This document shows positions 10,890-22,106 of a DNA stretch of 64,000 nucleotides, in pieces; position 1 is the first letter of the stretch, and every line of letters starts with the position of its first letter. A program made the translations under genes and the position numbers. The notes below the pieces were generated by a model. The model saw only the letters and a program-made list of their open reading frames with translations, had not been told where the DNA came from and did not search any database. Source of the DNA: an uncultured Fibrobacterota bacterium (lineage in GTDB: Bacteria > Fibrobacterota > Chitinivibrionia > Chitinivibrionales > FEN-1185); NCBI GenBank assembly GCA_963753345.1, contig CAVWBU010000047.1, positions 64,001 to 128,000 of the forward strand, read 5' to 3'.

Positions 10890-10948
10890 TCCCTCTCCCC
10901 GTGGCGACCCTTGGAAGTACCCGAAGGGGTAGAGAGGGTGGGGTGAGG
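10890..10948. repeat. REP-like palindrome carrying a hairpin module shared with copy A1
   Basis: CCCTCTC...GAGAGGG arms enclosing CGACCCTTGGAAGTACCCGAAGGGGT (10905-10930), 25/26 identical to 5412-5437. Confidence 0.6.
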
Positions 10949-11046
10949 TTTCCGGTCTTGCCACAGCCCCAACCACGCCGCACCCGGCGAAGCTCCCAAA
11001 GGCATTTTAATTTATTGATTGTAAGAGTTGATTGTCAGGTGAATAC

Positions 11047-11310
11047 TCAATATGATAGCAATTCCAATTTCTTCTTCCTCGGCAACCTCTTAACTTCGTG
11101 TTCCCGGCTCATCGCCTCGCCCCGCGTCCCGCATTTCTCAACATGCCTAAGCGCTACGGGCAAATGTGCCCTTGTATATTTCGCTCCCCTGCCCGCCTGA
11201 TGCGCGGCGAGCCGCGCCTGCACGTCATTTGAAATCCCCGTGTACAATGAACCGTCGCGGCATTCGAGTATGTAAAGAAACCAAGCTGCCTTCCGGCGTT
11301 TCTTCGTCAT
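11047..11310 (-). CDS. GIY-YIG nuclease (UPF0213, YhbQ/YazA-like)
   Basis: WFLYILECRDGSLYTGISND...RLAAH..GRGAKYTR...EAMSREHEVK; start overlaps the GH9 stop (TAATG). Confidence 0.9.
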   Translation of the reverse strand: MTKKRRKAAWFLYILECRDGSLYTGISNDVQARLAAHQAGRGAKYTRAHLPVALRHVEKCGTRGEAMSREHEVKRLPRKKKLELLSY

Positions 11311-13949
11311 TAAAAAATCGACAGTTTATTTAAGGTTCGTTCTCCTGCCTGCGTCATCTCAAGCAAATAGATCCCTTTGCTTAACGAGGATGTTTCAAGA
11401 ACAAGACCGCCGGCCGGGATGTTGTGGGTTTTGATCACCCGCACCACCCTGCCGGAACAATTCAGGAGCTTGACAACTGCGCCGACCTTTGCATCCCATC
11501 CGGAAAAGGCAAGCATGAAATTCCCATCGGCAAGTTTCTTTATGTTCATGCGCTTTGTGTGCAGGGAACTGGGGTTCGGGCCGATGGGCTGGCCAACGCT
11601 CACTCCGGGGCGTATGCCGTATAAAAATCCGTATAAGGCGATTTTCCCCCTCATGGTCTGCTGCGGGGTAAATTCGGAATGGGCATACACGTAACGGGTA
11701 TTGAAGTAGACCTCACCAACGGGCCAGGTCGAATTATCCGGATAGCTGAAGGCCGTCATCCAGCTTGGATTGCCCATCACCATGCCGCCGCCCCAATCCA
11801 CCACGTTGAAGTACGGCGTCATGCCGGGATGCTGGCCCGGAGTACCATCGTTCTGGCCGGAGATGTACATGGCGTCGACGCTGCGTTTTGTTGAAAGAGG
11901 CGTTGATGCCGTTGTCATCTGGATCAGGTTCGCCGGATTTCTGCCAAGTCCCCAGTCTGCTTCCAGTATCAGGGCATTCTCCAGAAAATCCTTGTCCGCC
12001 TGGGTTGTCGCAACCGAACGGGCAAGGATGGTCCGTTGAACATTCTGTTCGGTATGGAACCAGCCGGTATTATTATCCGTGGAGCGCCGTGAAGGCCTGA
12101 TGGTACTGTAGTTGGCCTCGCTGTTTTTCGCCTCGTTGATAATTGAGGCTTTCATGTTGCTGTAAAGCGTCGGATAATTTACCGTGCGGTTGGTGAAAAG
12201 ATACGCGGCGGTCGCCCATAGCTGGTTATAGGCGGTCACGTCGATAATTGTGGAAGTGGTATTGGTAACCTTGCTTTCGGCATTAATTTCGTTTTCGTAA
12301 ACCGTATTTCCCGTTACATTGTAAAGGTAGGCTGCGGCCAGCATCTTAAGGTCTCTGCCCCGCACAATTCCATCGCCGATACCTTGCTTGAAGTCCAGCA
12401 TCTGATCGGTTAGTCCGCCGGCATAATTGTAGGCATTGACGGCCGAGTCGCGATAGGTGTTCATGAGGGTCGTTTGACCGGCAATGCGGAACGCTTCGGC
12501 CAGCATGGCCGCGTTGGCTGCGCTGGCCCACGCTCCGATTGCGTTGGCGCCGGCCTGATAGAAAACATTGCTGCTGTTGGGGTTGGTGAGTCCGTAGCCA
12601 TATGCCTGTCCGTCGCGCAAATTCAGCCAGAAATCCACTTCGTTTCTGGCTTCGTCGATGATGTCCGGAATGCCGTTGCCGCTCTCCGGTATGCCGAGGT
12701 TGTCGTCGCCGATGGCGCCGTTTGTCAATATATAGGGAAGGAGTATGTCATAGATGTTTGAAATGTGGGTCATGTTCCTGTCCCAGTCGGCCGCGTCCGC
12801 ATGCCCGCCGATTGCCCGCTGGTTGGTCCTGCCGGTGGAATAGGGCAGCCCACGCATCGGGATTATCGTAGACGATCCCCGCCGGAAAAGGTCGCCCAGT
12901 TGGCATTGTTCGGCTCCATGGTGGTGATATACACCACCGTGCTGGGCGGGTTGACGCCCGGGATATACAACGGCCGGCGGGGAACCGGCCGCACGCCGGC
13001 GCTGTCCTGGCCGATGCGCATGTAAAAATACCCGCGCTCGTTTACCATAAACGGATCATGATACACATCATTGGCAATCTTGAAATCCTGGCTGCAGCCG
13101 ACGCCGTCAATTACCAGGCGGTAGGTGCCTGGCGCGTAGCTGCCGGTAAAATCCGCTTTCCAAACATTGGACATGGTAAAATTGTACCCCTGCGCTTCGC
13201 CCGCGCTTGCTTTCCAGAAAGCGACCGTGGCCACCTGCTGCGACGCTTGGGTGACGGCGTTATACAGATAAACATTGTTTCCCTGAAAACCTGTGTAATC
13301 CCTGGCGCCGCCGTTGCCCGTCCAGCAGTAAAGGTCTGCGGCTTTGATGGTCGCGGCGGTCGAATAGCCCACAAGGTTGACATGCACGGCTTCGGAACGG
13401 CTGTTGTAAATGTCATACGTAAACGTTTTTGAGGTGGAGTCGGCGTTGGTGTTTGCGTTGATCTGGAGCGTGTAGGTCTTTCCCTGCACCATGGAACTGG
13501 GCAGCTTCAGATAAATGGAGTGTTCCATGGTATGCTGATAGGCAAAATCGCTGCCGGTCCAATTGCCCTCGTACATGCCGTTGAGTTTTGATTTCCGATA
13601 GCAGTTAGTGGGCGAAAGGCCTGCTGTCCCGTACGCGGCATCGTCGGTTGAGGTCAGCTTCCAGGAGGCCGTCGCCACGGCATTGGCGGTATTGAGGGCC
13701 GTGCCATAGTTTACAATGTTGTTGTTGCTCGCATCGTGGCCGAGATTAAGATAGGCAGTCGGCCCCTGACCATTATCCACAAAGGTGACGTCCCCGTCTT
13801 TGAAATAGACCTGGAGGTAATCCTTGTCAACCACTTTCACTTCTGCAAGCATTGACGCCTGCAAATGTCTGAAAGAATGAAAGCAACAGGATACATCCCA
13901 GAATAGAAACGGCATTGCGTGCATTGAGGGGTTGTCTTTGGCTTTGCAT
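11310..13949 (-). CDS. Secreted GH9-like glycoside hydrolase with N-terminal Ig-like domain and C-terminal T9SS-like domain; frameshifted
   Basis: AAGGAG RBS and ATG at 13949 with signal peptide; VHVNLVGY, PGTYRL, GGHADAADWD, PESGNGIPDIIDEARNEVD, LGRNP, HSEFT; shifts near 13865 and 12845-12875. Confidence 0.8.
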
Positions 13950-14049
13950 GCGTGCTCCTTTACTTGATGTTTTCTGGAGGGTACGGTCATCCGACAGAAG
14001 CAAAATAGTTCCATGCGGAAGAGGGAGTAATTTAATAAAGAGAAAGATC

Positions 14050-14220
14050 TGGGCGTTCCCCTAGGTGGAGTTGCGGGGCGTAATAAAAAAGAACTGGGCG
14101 TTCCCCCAAGTATAGCCGCATGACAATGCGGCTATACTTGGGGTCGGCCGGCAATCCCGCTATGGCGGGACCACTCCGGTCCACCTAACGCAGGGTAGAG
14201 GACGTTGCCATAATTGTCAA
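14050..14220 (+). repeat. Family A elements: truncated A3 (14050) and compact A4 (14095-14220)
   Basis: Two TGGGCGTTCCCC starts; A4 has a perfect 18-bp hairpin CCCCAAGTATAGCCGCAT/ATGCGGCTATACTTGGGG and ends CCTAACGC-N24-GTCAA. Confidence 0.8.
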
Positions 14221-14421
14221 GAGGGTTGTGATTGACAAAGGGGTTTCCCCCTTTCCAAGGGGGTGGCGGCGCTTGGGCCGCCGGGGGTTGTTATTGTAAG
14301 CATTTTCCTTGCCGGGTCTTAGGGCCGGTGAGGCCCTACCTGCATTTAATTATTCTTCGCCCTACGCATTTCCGCCGTGGGCCACAATCATCCTTGATAA
14401 TGCACCATCTGTCAAGAGCAT

Positions 14422-14525
14422 TTCTCACCCCTTCCCCACATACTTCACCACCCCCCTTGTCGAAAACGCCAGCACCACCGACGCGGCCATGAGCATCACC
14501 GACAGCGCGTTGATCACCGGCGACA
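14422..14525. repeat. Direct repeat, left copy (3' end of a potC-like gene)
   Basis: About 104 bp nearly identical to 15526-15631. Confidence 0.9.
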
Positions 14526-14595
14526 TGTTGTCTCCTGCCGCAAAATCTCTCAATCACCACATCTTCATTGATGAACGAAAGGTATATTTACGTGC

Positions 14596-15066
14596 ATGAA
14601 GCGGACCGTATACATAGAAACTTCCATTCCCAGTTTCTATCATGAAACAAGAAATGACGCAATTTCCGTTGCATGGCGTGAGATTACTCGTTCCTGGTGG
14701 GATAGTCAGAGACGTTTTTATCAGGTGGTTACCAGCGACGTGGTACGCGTTGAACTTGAGGAGGGCAAACATCCTCACCAGAAGGAAAAGATTGCCTTGA
14801 TAGTCGGACTGGAAATACTTGAATATGTACCCATTATTGACGAAATTGCCGGCGTTTACATCCGGAACAAACTCGTTCCGGCGGAAACCGGCGGTGACGC
14901 TTATCACCTGGCGTTCGCATCATATTACGCCGTTGATTTTCTTTTGACATGGAATTGCTTGCATCTTGCCAATCCAAATAAATTCGGCCACATCCGAGCC
15001 GTTAATGAACGGCTTCGCTTGCCGACGCCGATATTATGTACACCAGAACAATTACTGTCGGAGTAA
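14596..15066 (+). CDS. PIN-domain (VapC-like) toxin
   Basis: VYIETSIPS, DAYHLAFA, DFLLTWNCLHLAN, ILCTPEQL motifs. Confidence 0.85.
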   Translation: MKRTVYIETSIPSFYHETRNDAISVAWREITRSWWDSQRRFYQVVTSDVVRVELEEGKHPHQKEKIALIVGLEILEYVPIIDEIAGVYIRNKLVPAETGGDAYHLAFASYYAVDFLLTWNCLHLANPNKFGHIRAVNERLRLPTPILCTPEQLLSE

Positions 15067-15080
15067 AGGACGGGCCAGCC

Positions 15081-15242
15081 ATGAAAAAATCAATTCACCC
15101 CGCTATTGAAGAAATCCATGAGGTGCGCCGGACTCTTTTCAGGAGATTCAGCTGCGACACCAAAACCTTTGGCAAGTATCTTGCCGAGCGTCAGCGGATG
15201 CACAAAAAATCCGGCCAAAAAAAGGTAAGAGCGGCCGCCTGA
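15081..15242 (+). CDS. Small putative antitoxin partner of the PIN toxin
   Basis: 53 aa, HPAIEEIHEVRR motif typical of ORFs following this PIN subfamily; AAGGA RBS. Confidence 0.6.
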   Translation: MKKSIHPAIEEIHEVRRTLFRRFSCDTKTFGKYLAERQRMHKKSGQKKVRAAA

Positions 15243-15280
15243 TCGTAGATCTCCAGTGGAATACCACTTGGGGGAACCGG

Positions 15281-15466
15281 ATGCGTAACACAATCAAGAA
15301 GGCGATTTCTGAGTCCGTAAGGGACCTTATGTGTGCCGGGATTGGCACATCATTTACCCAAAGAGAATTGCGTGGGCTCGGGGTCGAAATTCCATCCGTC
15401 CATATCAACCACACAAGAATCAAACATATTCCCAGAAAGGCGCACCCTTTACGCCGTGTGAAGTAA
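15281..15466 (+). pseudogene. Probable truncated HTH antitoxin N-terminus
   Basis: MRNTIKKAISESVRDL...SFTQRELRGLGVEIP resembles the N-terminus of XRE antitoxins, but no HTH follows. Confidence 0.4.
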
Positions 15467-15525
15467 AACAATTTCAAACTGTTTCACAAAATCATCCTTA
15501 ATCGTGTGTCATCTGTAAAGATTAC

Positions 15526-15631
15526 TTCTCACCCCTTCCCCGCCACATACTTCACCACCCCCTTGTCGAAAACGCCAGCACCACCGACGCGGCCATGAGC
15601 ATCACCGACAGCGCGTTGATCACCGGCGACA
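15526..15631. repeat. Direct repeat, right copy
   Basis: Matches 14422-14525. Confidence 0.9.
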
Positions 15632-15878
15632 CGCCGAAGCGGATCATCGAATAAATGTGCAGCGGCAGCGTTGACGAGCCGGGGCCTGCCACAAAAAACG
15701 TTATCACGAAATCCTCGAGCGACAGCGTTATGGACACAAGGAACGCGGCAATGATGCCGGGGATGGACACGGGCACGACCACGCGCAGGAGCGCCTGGGG
15801 CTCGGTGGCGCGCAGGTCGTAGGCCGCCTCCACGATTGAATAGTCGAATTCGTCAAGCCGCGACGGGGCGATGCTCAT
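15529..15878 (-). pseudogene. PotC-like ABC permease, C-terminal fragment only
   Basis: EAA motif (SIVEAAYDLRA), SLEDFVITFF, TLPLHIYS, SPVINALS; N-terminal half absent (hisH begins about 30 bp away). Confidence 0.8.
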
Positions 15879-15908
15879 GGCGGCAGTGCCCTATAGTATT
15901 TTTCCTTT

Positions 15909-16529
15909 ATGATTTCCATCATCGATTACAAAGCCGGCAATCTCACCTCTGTCAAGCGGGCGCTCGACTTTCTCGGCATTGCGTGCGCCATAACGCAGGA
16001 CGCGGATGTGATCCGGAAGAGCCAGCGCATCATATTCCCGGGCGTGGGAAACGCGGCAAGCGCCGTGCCCGTGATACGCGAGCGCGGCATAGACGCGGCG
16101 CTTGCCGAGGCGTTTAGCGCCGGCACGCCGATTCTGGGCATCTGCCTGGGTACGCAGATAATCCTGTCGCGCTCCGAGGAGGGCGACACGGAATGCCTCG
16201 GATTGATAAAAGGCAATGTCGCGCGGTTTGCCCTTTCCGACCCGTCGCTTAAGGTGCCGCACATGGGCTGGAACGAGCTTCTTGTCCGTCAAGAGCACGT
16301 TCTGCTGAAGGACGTTTTGCCCGGCACGCAGATGTACTTCGTGCACTCGTTCTATCCGCGACCGAGCGACGCCTCGGCCGTCATTGCCGAATGCGAATAC
16401 GGAATAACCTTTCCCTGCGCCATCGGCACGCGCAATTTGTTCGCGACGCAGTTTCACCCGGAAAAGAGCGGCCCAGCCGGGCTTTCCATACTTAAAAATT
16501 TCGCTGCGTGGGAGCCGCAAGCATGCTGA
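15909..16529 (+). CDS. hisH: Imidazole glycerol phosphate synthase glutaminase subunit
   Basis: [41 protein letters not shown]. Confidence 0.97.
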   Translation: MISIIDYKAGNLTSVKRALDFLGIACAITQDADVIRKSQRIIFPGVGNAASAVPVIRERGIDAALAEAFSAGTPILGICLGTQIILSRSEEGDTECLGLIKGNVARFALSDPSLKVPHMGWNELLVRQEHVLLKDVLPGTQMYFVHSFYPRPSDASAVIAECEYGITFPCAIGTRNLFATQFHPEKSGPAGLSILKNFAAWEPQAC

Positions 16530-17300
16530 GCAAACGGATAGTATCCTGTCTTGACGTGCGCGACGGCAACCTCGCAAAGAGCGTCAAGTTCGTCAACACC
16601 AAGGACATCGGCGACCCGGTTTCCACGGCCAAGCGATACTACGAAAACGGCATCGACGAGCTGGTGTTCTACGACATCACGGCCTCAAGCGACAAACGCG
16701 ACATCATGCTCGACGTGGTGAGCAGGGTCGCCGCGCGAGATATTCATCCCGTTTTCGGTGGGCGGCGGCCTGCGTTCGGTTGACGACTGCAAAAAAGTCC
16801 TGCTGGCCGGGGCCGAAAAGGTGAACGTGAACACCGCGGCAGTGGCGCGGCCCGAACTCATCGCCGAGGCATCGGCGGCCTTCGGCGCGCAGTGCGTGGT
16901 GCTGTCCATGGACGTGCTTGGGGTGCCGAAGTCCGCTGCCACACCCTCGGGGTACGAAATCGTCACGCACGGCGGCCGCACCCGCACGGGCCTGGACGCA
17001 ATCGCCTGGGCAAAGCGCGGGGAAAAGCTTGGTGCCGGCGAGCTTGTGGTGAACTCCATCGATGCCGACGGCACCAAGGAAGGATACGAACTTCGGCTCA
17101 CCCGCATGATGGCCGAGGCCGTCGGCATACCGGTGATCGCGTCCGGCGGCGGCGGAACTCCCGAGCATTTGTATCAGGTGCTCACTGAGGGAAAAGCGGA
17201 TGCGGCGCTTGTGGCGTCGATCCTTCACTATGGGGAATACTCGATACGGGAAGTCAAGGAGTACTTGAAGAAGAAGGGCGTGAGGGTGAGGATGACGTGA
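16523..17300 (+). CDS. hisF: Imidazole glycerol phosphate synthase cyclase subunit; frameshift near 16735
   Basis: [47 protein letters not shown] across two frames. Confidence 0.95.
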
Positions 17301-17312
17301 ACTCTCATTGAT

Positions 17313-17843
17313 TTATCTGACAAATAGACTGCAAGTATCCTTCCGTAGAATTCCGTAATCATCAACACCTTCCAAATAGAACATGTTAACCCCTCTCACA
17401 AAGACGGTTTGCTTTCCAATCAGGATCAATTGCTGTATAGAATATTCTTGATATCCCGCCGGGTAAAGTAACTTCTTGTTGCTATCCAGGAAGAGATTGT
17501 CACCAACTTTTATTGTATCTTGTGCCACGACGATGTTGTTGTCACAGGCAACAATGACGTTGCTGTCAGGAATTCTCGCGGGAAGGTTAGGATATCCTGC
17601 ATTAACACTTGAGGAGCTTAAGGAATCATCCTTTACGGAAAAGAATGCTAGTACAACGCTATCACCATTTGAAATAGTATCAATTTTGGGGATACTTGCA
17701 TAAGGATGTAAAGGATGTATAAGAGGTATTTCTAAGAATGAGTAAAATCCAAATTCAAAAGTGAATGACGGCATGCCGGAATCGTGATCCAAACGCAATA
17801 ACAGACCCGAGGCTGTTGCAAAAAAAAGATATCTATTTTTCAT
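17313..17843 (-). CDS. Hypothetical protein, AT-rich
   Basis: 176-aa ORF with GGGGA RBS; visibly lower GC than its neighbours. Confidence 0.5.
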   Translation of the reverse strand: MKNRYLFFATASGLLLRLDHDSGMPSFTFEFGFYSFLEIPLIHPLHPYASIPKIDTISNGDSVVLAFFSVKDDSLSSSSVNAGYPNLPARIPDSNVIVACDNNIVVAQDTIKVGDNLFLDSNKKLLYPAGYQEYSIQQLILIGKQTVFVRGVNMFYLEGVDDYGILRKDTCSLFVR

Positions 17844-18074
17844 GCCTGATCATCCCCCTGCTTCTCCGCCCTGACGAGCGGCCTGCTCACCTCAGAATAT
17901 AGGGTTTTTTTGCGCTTCTTCATCCATAAGAAACGAATATCATCAAACAATGACAAATCTTGTCCTAATTTTCCTTCACCGTAACCCGCAGCGGATATAT
18001 TTTCTGTCTTCGTTTTTTCCGGGTTGCGCCGTCGCTTTCAGAAAAGTCTCGCAGGCAGGAATCGGAGGTGTTTT

Positions 18075-18542
18075 GTGAAAGAAGCGGATGCCCGCGTCGA
18101 TCTTGACCAGCACCAGTTGCTTCTGTACGTCGAAAAGGAAGACGGATCGTACGGCCCTCTTCAGACGGGTGCCTACCTTGTAAAGAATTATTCGGACGAT
18201 TTCTTTCAGAAACGCCACAACATCGAAACCGAGTGCATGGACAAACTCACCAGGGGCGAGATAAGCCCGGTGGTGTACTATATGCTGCTGTACAATATGA
18301 CCCCGGCCGACATTGCGGTGCGGGTCGGGATCTCTAAGGCAAAGGTGCTCAAGCACCAGACGCCCAAGGGCTTTGCCGCTGCGTCCGTTGAGGTTGTCAA
18401 GCGGTACGCCGACGTGTTCGGTGTCTCGGTGGCGAACATGTTCCAGCTGGTGGTGCCCAAGGAGAAGGATCTGAATATTTCCAGCAGAAAGACCGCGAAT
18501 CCGTTTCTGTCGGTTCTTGAAATAGGCAAGGGAAACGCATGA
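18075..18542 (+). CDS. Conserved HTH-like protein typically found next to BtrH-like genes
   Basis: GGAGG RBS and GTG start; LYVEKEDGSY...GEISPVVYYM...KRYADVFGVSV. Confidence 0.65.
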   Translation: MKEADARVDLDQHQLLLYVEKEDGSYGPLQTGAYLVKNYSDDFFQKRHNIETECMDKLTRGEISPVVYYMLLYNMTPADIAVRVGISKAKVLKHQTPKGFAAASVEVVKRYADVFGVSVANMFQLVVPKEKDLNISSRKTANPFLSVLEIGKGNA

Positions 18543-19557
18543 GCCGGATCCCGTTCGAGCACAAACTGGCCGCGCATTGCGAATCGGGAATGCTGTCGGC
18601 GCTCCTCAATCACAACGGGCTGCAAATCAGCGAGCCCACGGTGCTCGGCATCACCGGCGCCATCTTCTTCGTGTTTATCAAGACGCCCCACATGGTGTTC
18701 CCCGTGTTCGACATGAGGAGCAGGCCGGGCGACATGCGCAAGAACCTGGGAAAGCGGCTCGGCGTTGAGTTCTGCACGCAGAAATTCCGCGATCCCGTAA
18801 CGGCGCGCGCCTCGCTCGAAGCGCTGGTCGCCCGGGGCATTCCGACCACGGTCCAGGTCGACATGTTCTACATGGACTACATCCCCTCGTATATGCGCGT
18901 GCATTTCAACGCGCATTTCATTGTGGTGCTGGGCAAGGAAGGCAATGACTTCCTGGTGAGCGACTGTTATTATCCGTCGATTTCGAGGCTCTCGCAGGAC
19001 TCGCTTGACAAAGCGCGCTTTGCAAAAAGCGATTTCGCGCCCAAGGGGTTCCAGTTCTACGTTGACATCGGTGCCCGCCGGACGGCGTGAGCGACGACGT
19101 GCTCAGGGCGGCGGCCATCAGGGGAATTAAACAGGCAGCCTCCAACATGGTGAAGCTGCCGGTGCCCTTTATCGGCATAAAAGGCATGCGCCGCTTCGCC
19201 GACAACATTCCCTCGTGGCCTAAAATCGCGCGCAACACGGACGCGCTGTCGCACGCAATAATGTCAATCCACATCACGCTAGAGGAGCGCGGCACGGGCG
19301 GCGGGGGATTCCGGTTCATGTATGCCTCGTTTCTGCAGGAGGCGGCAAAGCTCTGCAACAGGCCGGAATTTTCCGACATGTCAAAACGGATCATGGGCAT
19401 CGGGGACCGGTGGAGGGAGCTGTCGCTCTTTGTGGCGCGCATCGGCAAGGACCGCGACCTGGGCGACAAAAGGATGCAGGAGATTCGCACAATGATCCGC
19501 GCCCGCGCCGACGAAGAAGAGGCCTTTTTCAAAGACCTCCTTGCCATGGTCAAATAG
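18539..19557 (+). CDS. BtrH-like (DUF4872) papain-like peptidase/amidase; frameshift near 19070
   Basis: AAHCESG, VDMFYMDY, HFNAHFIVV, EERGTGGGGFRFMYASFLQEA. Confidence 0.85.
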
Positions 19558-19606
19558 GAAATTTGATACCGCCCGGAAGGGCTTTACCAGAACCACGAGT
19601 GAAACA

Positions 19607-19915
19607 ATGCCAGACCCCACGCCGCGGATTGCGTCCCCGGAACTCAAGATGGAAATCAAGAAGCTTATCCTCGAGACGCTCAAAATATCGGATGTCAAGC
19701 CCGAGGACATCGACAACGCCGCATCCCTGTTCGAAAACAACCCCGTTGTCCAGCTCGACAGCGTCGACGCGCTGGAAATCGTGATGGCGCTGCAGCGCGC
19801 CTACGGCGTGCACATCGACGACCAGAACATCGGCCGGTTCATTATCAAGTCGGTGGATTCGATAGCCGAGTTCGTGGCGAAGGAAAAGGCGAAGGCTAAT
19901 AGTTATTTATCATGA
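19607..19915 (+). CDS. Acyl carrier protein
   Basis: LDSVDALEIV phosphopantetheine site; IKSVDSIAEFV. Confidence 0.9.
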   Translation: MPDPTPRIASPELKMEIKKLILETLKISDVKPEDIDNAASLFENNPVVQLDSVDALEIVMALQRAYGVHIDDQNIGRFIIKSVDSIAEFVAKEKAKANSYLS

Positions 19916-19917
19916 CA

Positions 19918-19990
19918 CCGGGGGAGAGGTTTCTCCCCCGGCCTCGGCCCTGCAGTCCTCGGCACTCCCCTCTCCTGCGTGGCCCCCTTG
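19918..19990 (-). repeat. Family B element, divergent copy B4
   Basis: Reverse complement: GGGGGCCACGCAGGAGAGGGG...GGCCGAGGCCGGGGGAGAAACCTCTCCCCCGG. Confidence 0.55.
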
Positions 19991-20198
19991 ATGGTGTAGT
20001 TGCGAGACCGATACCTCGGCTGGGGGGCACGCACGAGCAGCGGCTGGCGGGTTCTTCAATATTCGCAAATTCTCCCTTCGAATGAGTATCGAGAAAACTG
20101 TTTTCATCCTGTGTGGCCTGGATCTTCGATCCAGGTTCCTCCAAACAGAACCGTAAAATTCAAGAATCACCTATTATTCATGATTGTATATTCTTGAA

Positions 20199-21791
20199 AT
20201 GAATCGACTACAAATCATTTCATCGATATTCTTTCTCCTTCTCGTTTTTTCCTGCCAGCAGAAACCGCAGCGCCTCGGCATGCCTGCGAATTTCAACGGC
20301 ACGATCCCGGACACCATCACTATCGTTTCCTACAACGTTGAAAACCTGTTCGATATGGTTGACAACGGGGACGAGTATCCCGAATACAAGCCGAACCACA
20401 GCAACTGGACGAACAACACCTATCAGATCAAGTGCGCCAATATTGCGTCGGTGCTTGCGCAGATCAACGCGGACATTGCGGTGCTTGTCGAAGTGGAAAA
20501 TGAAAACGCGCTATCCGGGCTTCGAGCCGCGCTTGCGGAACGGAAGTGCTTTTATCCCTATTACGCCCTTGGCAACGGGGCAGGAAACAGCAGCGTGATG
20601 CCGGCGGTGCTGTCGAAATTTCCCCTGCTGTGGGAGAAAACGTTCGGGGTTGCGGCCGGCGCGTGGCAACACAGCAGAAACATGCTTGAGACCGCAGTGT
20701 ATCTGGGTTCGGACACGCTTATCGTGCTCGCGTGCCACTGGCCGAGCAAGACCCACAAGGAATCGGACAGGCTTGCAAACGCGAAACTCCTTGCCGACAC
20801 GCTCGCTTTGCTTCCGAAAAGCAGGGACTATGTTGTGGCCGGAGATTTCAACGAGGACTACGACGAATGCGAAACGTTCCACACCACAGGGCTCGATGAC
20901 ACCAAGGGTGTGACCGGACTGAACCATGTACTCGGAACCGCGAGCTCTGCGCCGGGGAAATTTGTGGTCTTCAGGCGCAAAAGCGAGGTCGCGTCGGACA
21001 CGGCCATTGCGCTTTTCGATCCGTGGCTGGAGCTTCCCGAAGCGCGGCGGCTTACCACCGTGTACAAGGGCAGGCCCGAAACGCCCGACCATATCCTGCT
21101 TCCCGCGTCGATGTTTGACACAATGGGAATCTCCTATGTCGACAATTCATTCACGCCGTTCACCTGGAACGGCAGGCTCACCAAGGACGGCGCGCCCTTC
21201 CGCTGGCAGATGCGCTTTACAAAAAACGGGCCCATCCACATGGGGGAAGGTTATTCGGACCATCTGCCGGTATTGGCAAAGCTGTGCCGGAAGCCGTACC
21301 GATGGCCGGATGGCCGGCGTGGCGGCATTGACAAGCCGGAACGCGCGATGTGCCAAGGGAGATTTTGAGGACGGCGTTGACGGATGGGTCTCATGCGTCA
21401 AGCACGTGGCCGTGGCGCGCGACTCCGCCTCTCCCCATTCGGGCAGCTATTGCCTTGCTATAACCGGCAGGGCGGCCGCGAACGCCTCTGCCGCGAGGTG
21501 CAGAATCTCGGTTTCCGGCGCCTGCCCAAACGATTCCCGCGCGCTTATCATTCTGGCTCAAAGGTTCCGGCAGCCTATGCTTCCGCCTGTGCCAGGGCGT
21601 CGGAGAATAACTGGATGTATTTCAGGGGTGAAGACTTTACTCCCGCGAAAGCAGGAAAGTATACGGATTATATGTTTGACAAATGGACGAACATTTCACT
21701 GCCACTCGTAGCTATGTCAGGAACTGAAAAGGAAATTGATGTGGAACTAAGGACGAAGAAAGATAAAGAGATGAGAATTATTTATGGATGA
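20199..21791 (+). CDS. Lipoprotein of the endonuclease/exonuclease/phosphatase family with C-terminal carbohydrate-binding-like domain; frameshifted
   Basis: Lipobox LVFSC; SYNVENLFD, LVEVEN, HWPSK, GDFNE, DHIL, GYSDHLPV; tail GDFEDG..GW...HSGSYCL in other frames. Confidence 0.8.
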
Positions 21792-21834
21792 TGTAAAAAT
21801 TGTTTGCAATTAGCAATAAATGGATTTAAGAGTC

Positions 21835-22079
21835 TGGGCGTTCCCCTTGCCTATCACGGCGATAGTGCGAAGGAATACAATCCCTTTTTCAACAATCGCA
21901 TATCAACCACAGGATATTCGAGCAAGCACTTGTCATATGCGCGTGCGTTAGGGACGACTGGAGGTCCCGCCAAAGCGGGATGCCGCCCGGACCCGGCCTG
22001 TGGGCCATAGGGCCGAGGCGGCCCGAGGCCGGAGGCCGAGACCGGAAGGAGAACCGACCCGCGTAGCGGGGAACGCCCA
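21835..22079. repeat. Family A elements: truncated A5 (+, 21835) facing A6 (-, 21945-22079)
   Basis: A6 reverse complement: TGGGCGTTCCCCGCTACGCGGGTCGGTTCTCCTTCCGGTCTCGGCCTCCGGCCTCGGGCC...CCTAACGC. Confidence 0.85.
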
Positions 22080-22106
22080 TCTTGTTTGTAAATTAGTAAA
22101 TTGGGA

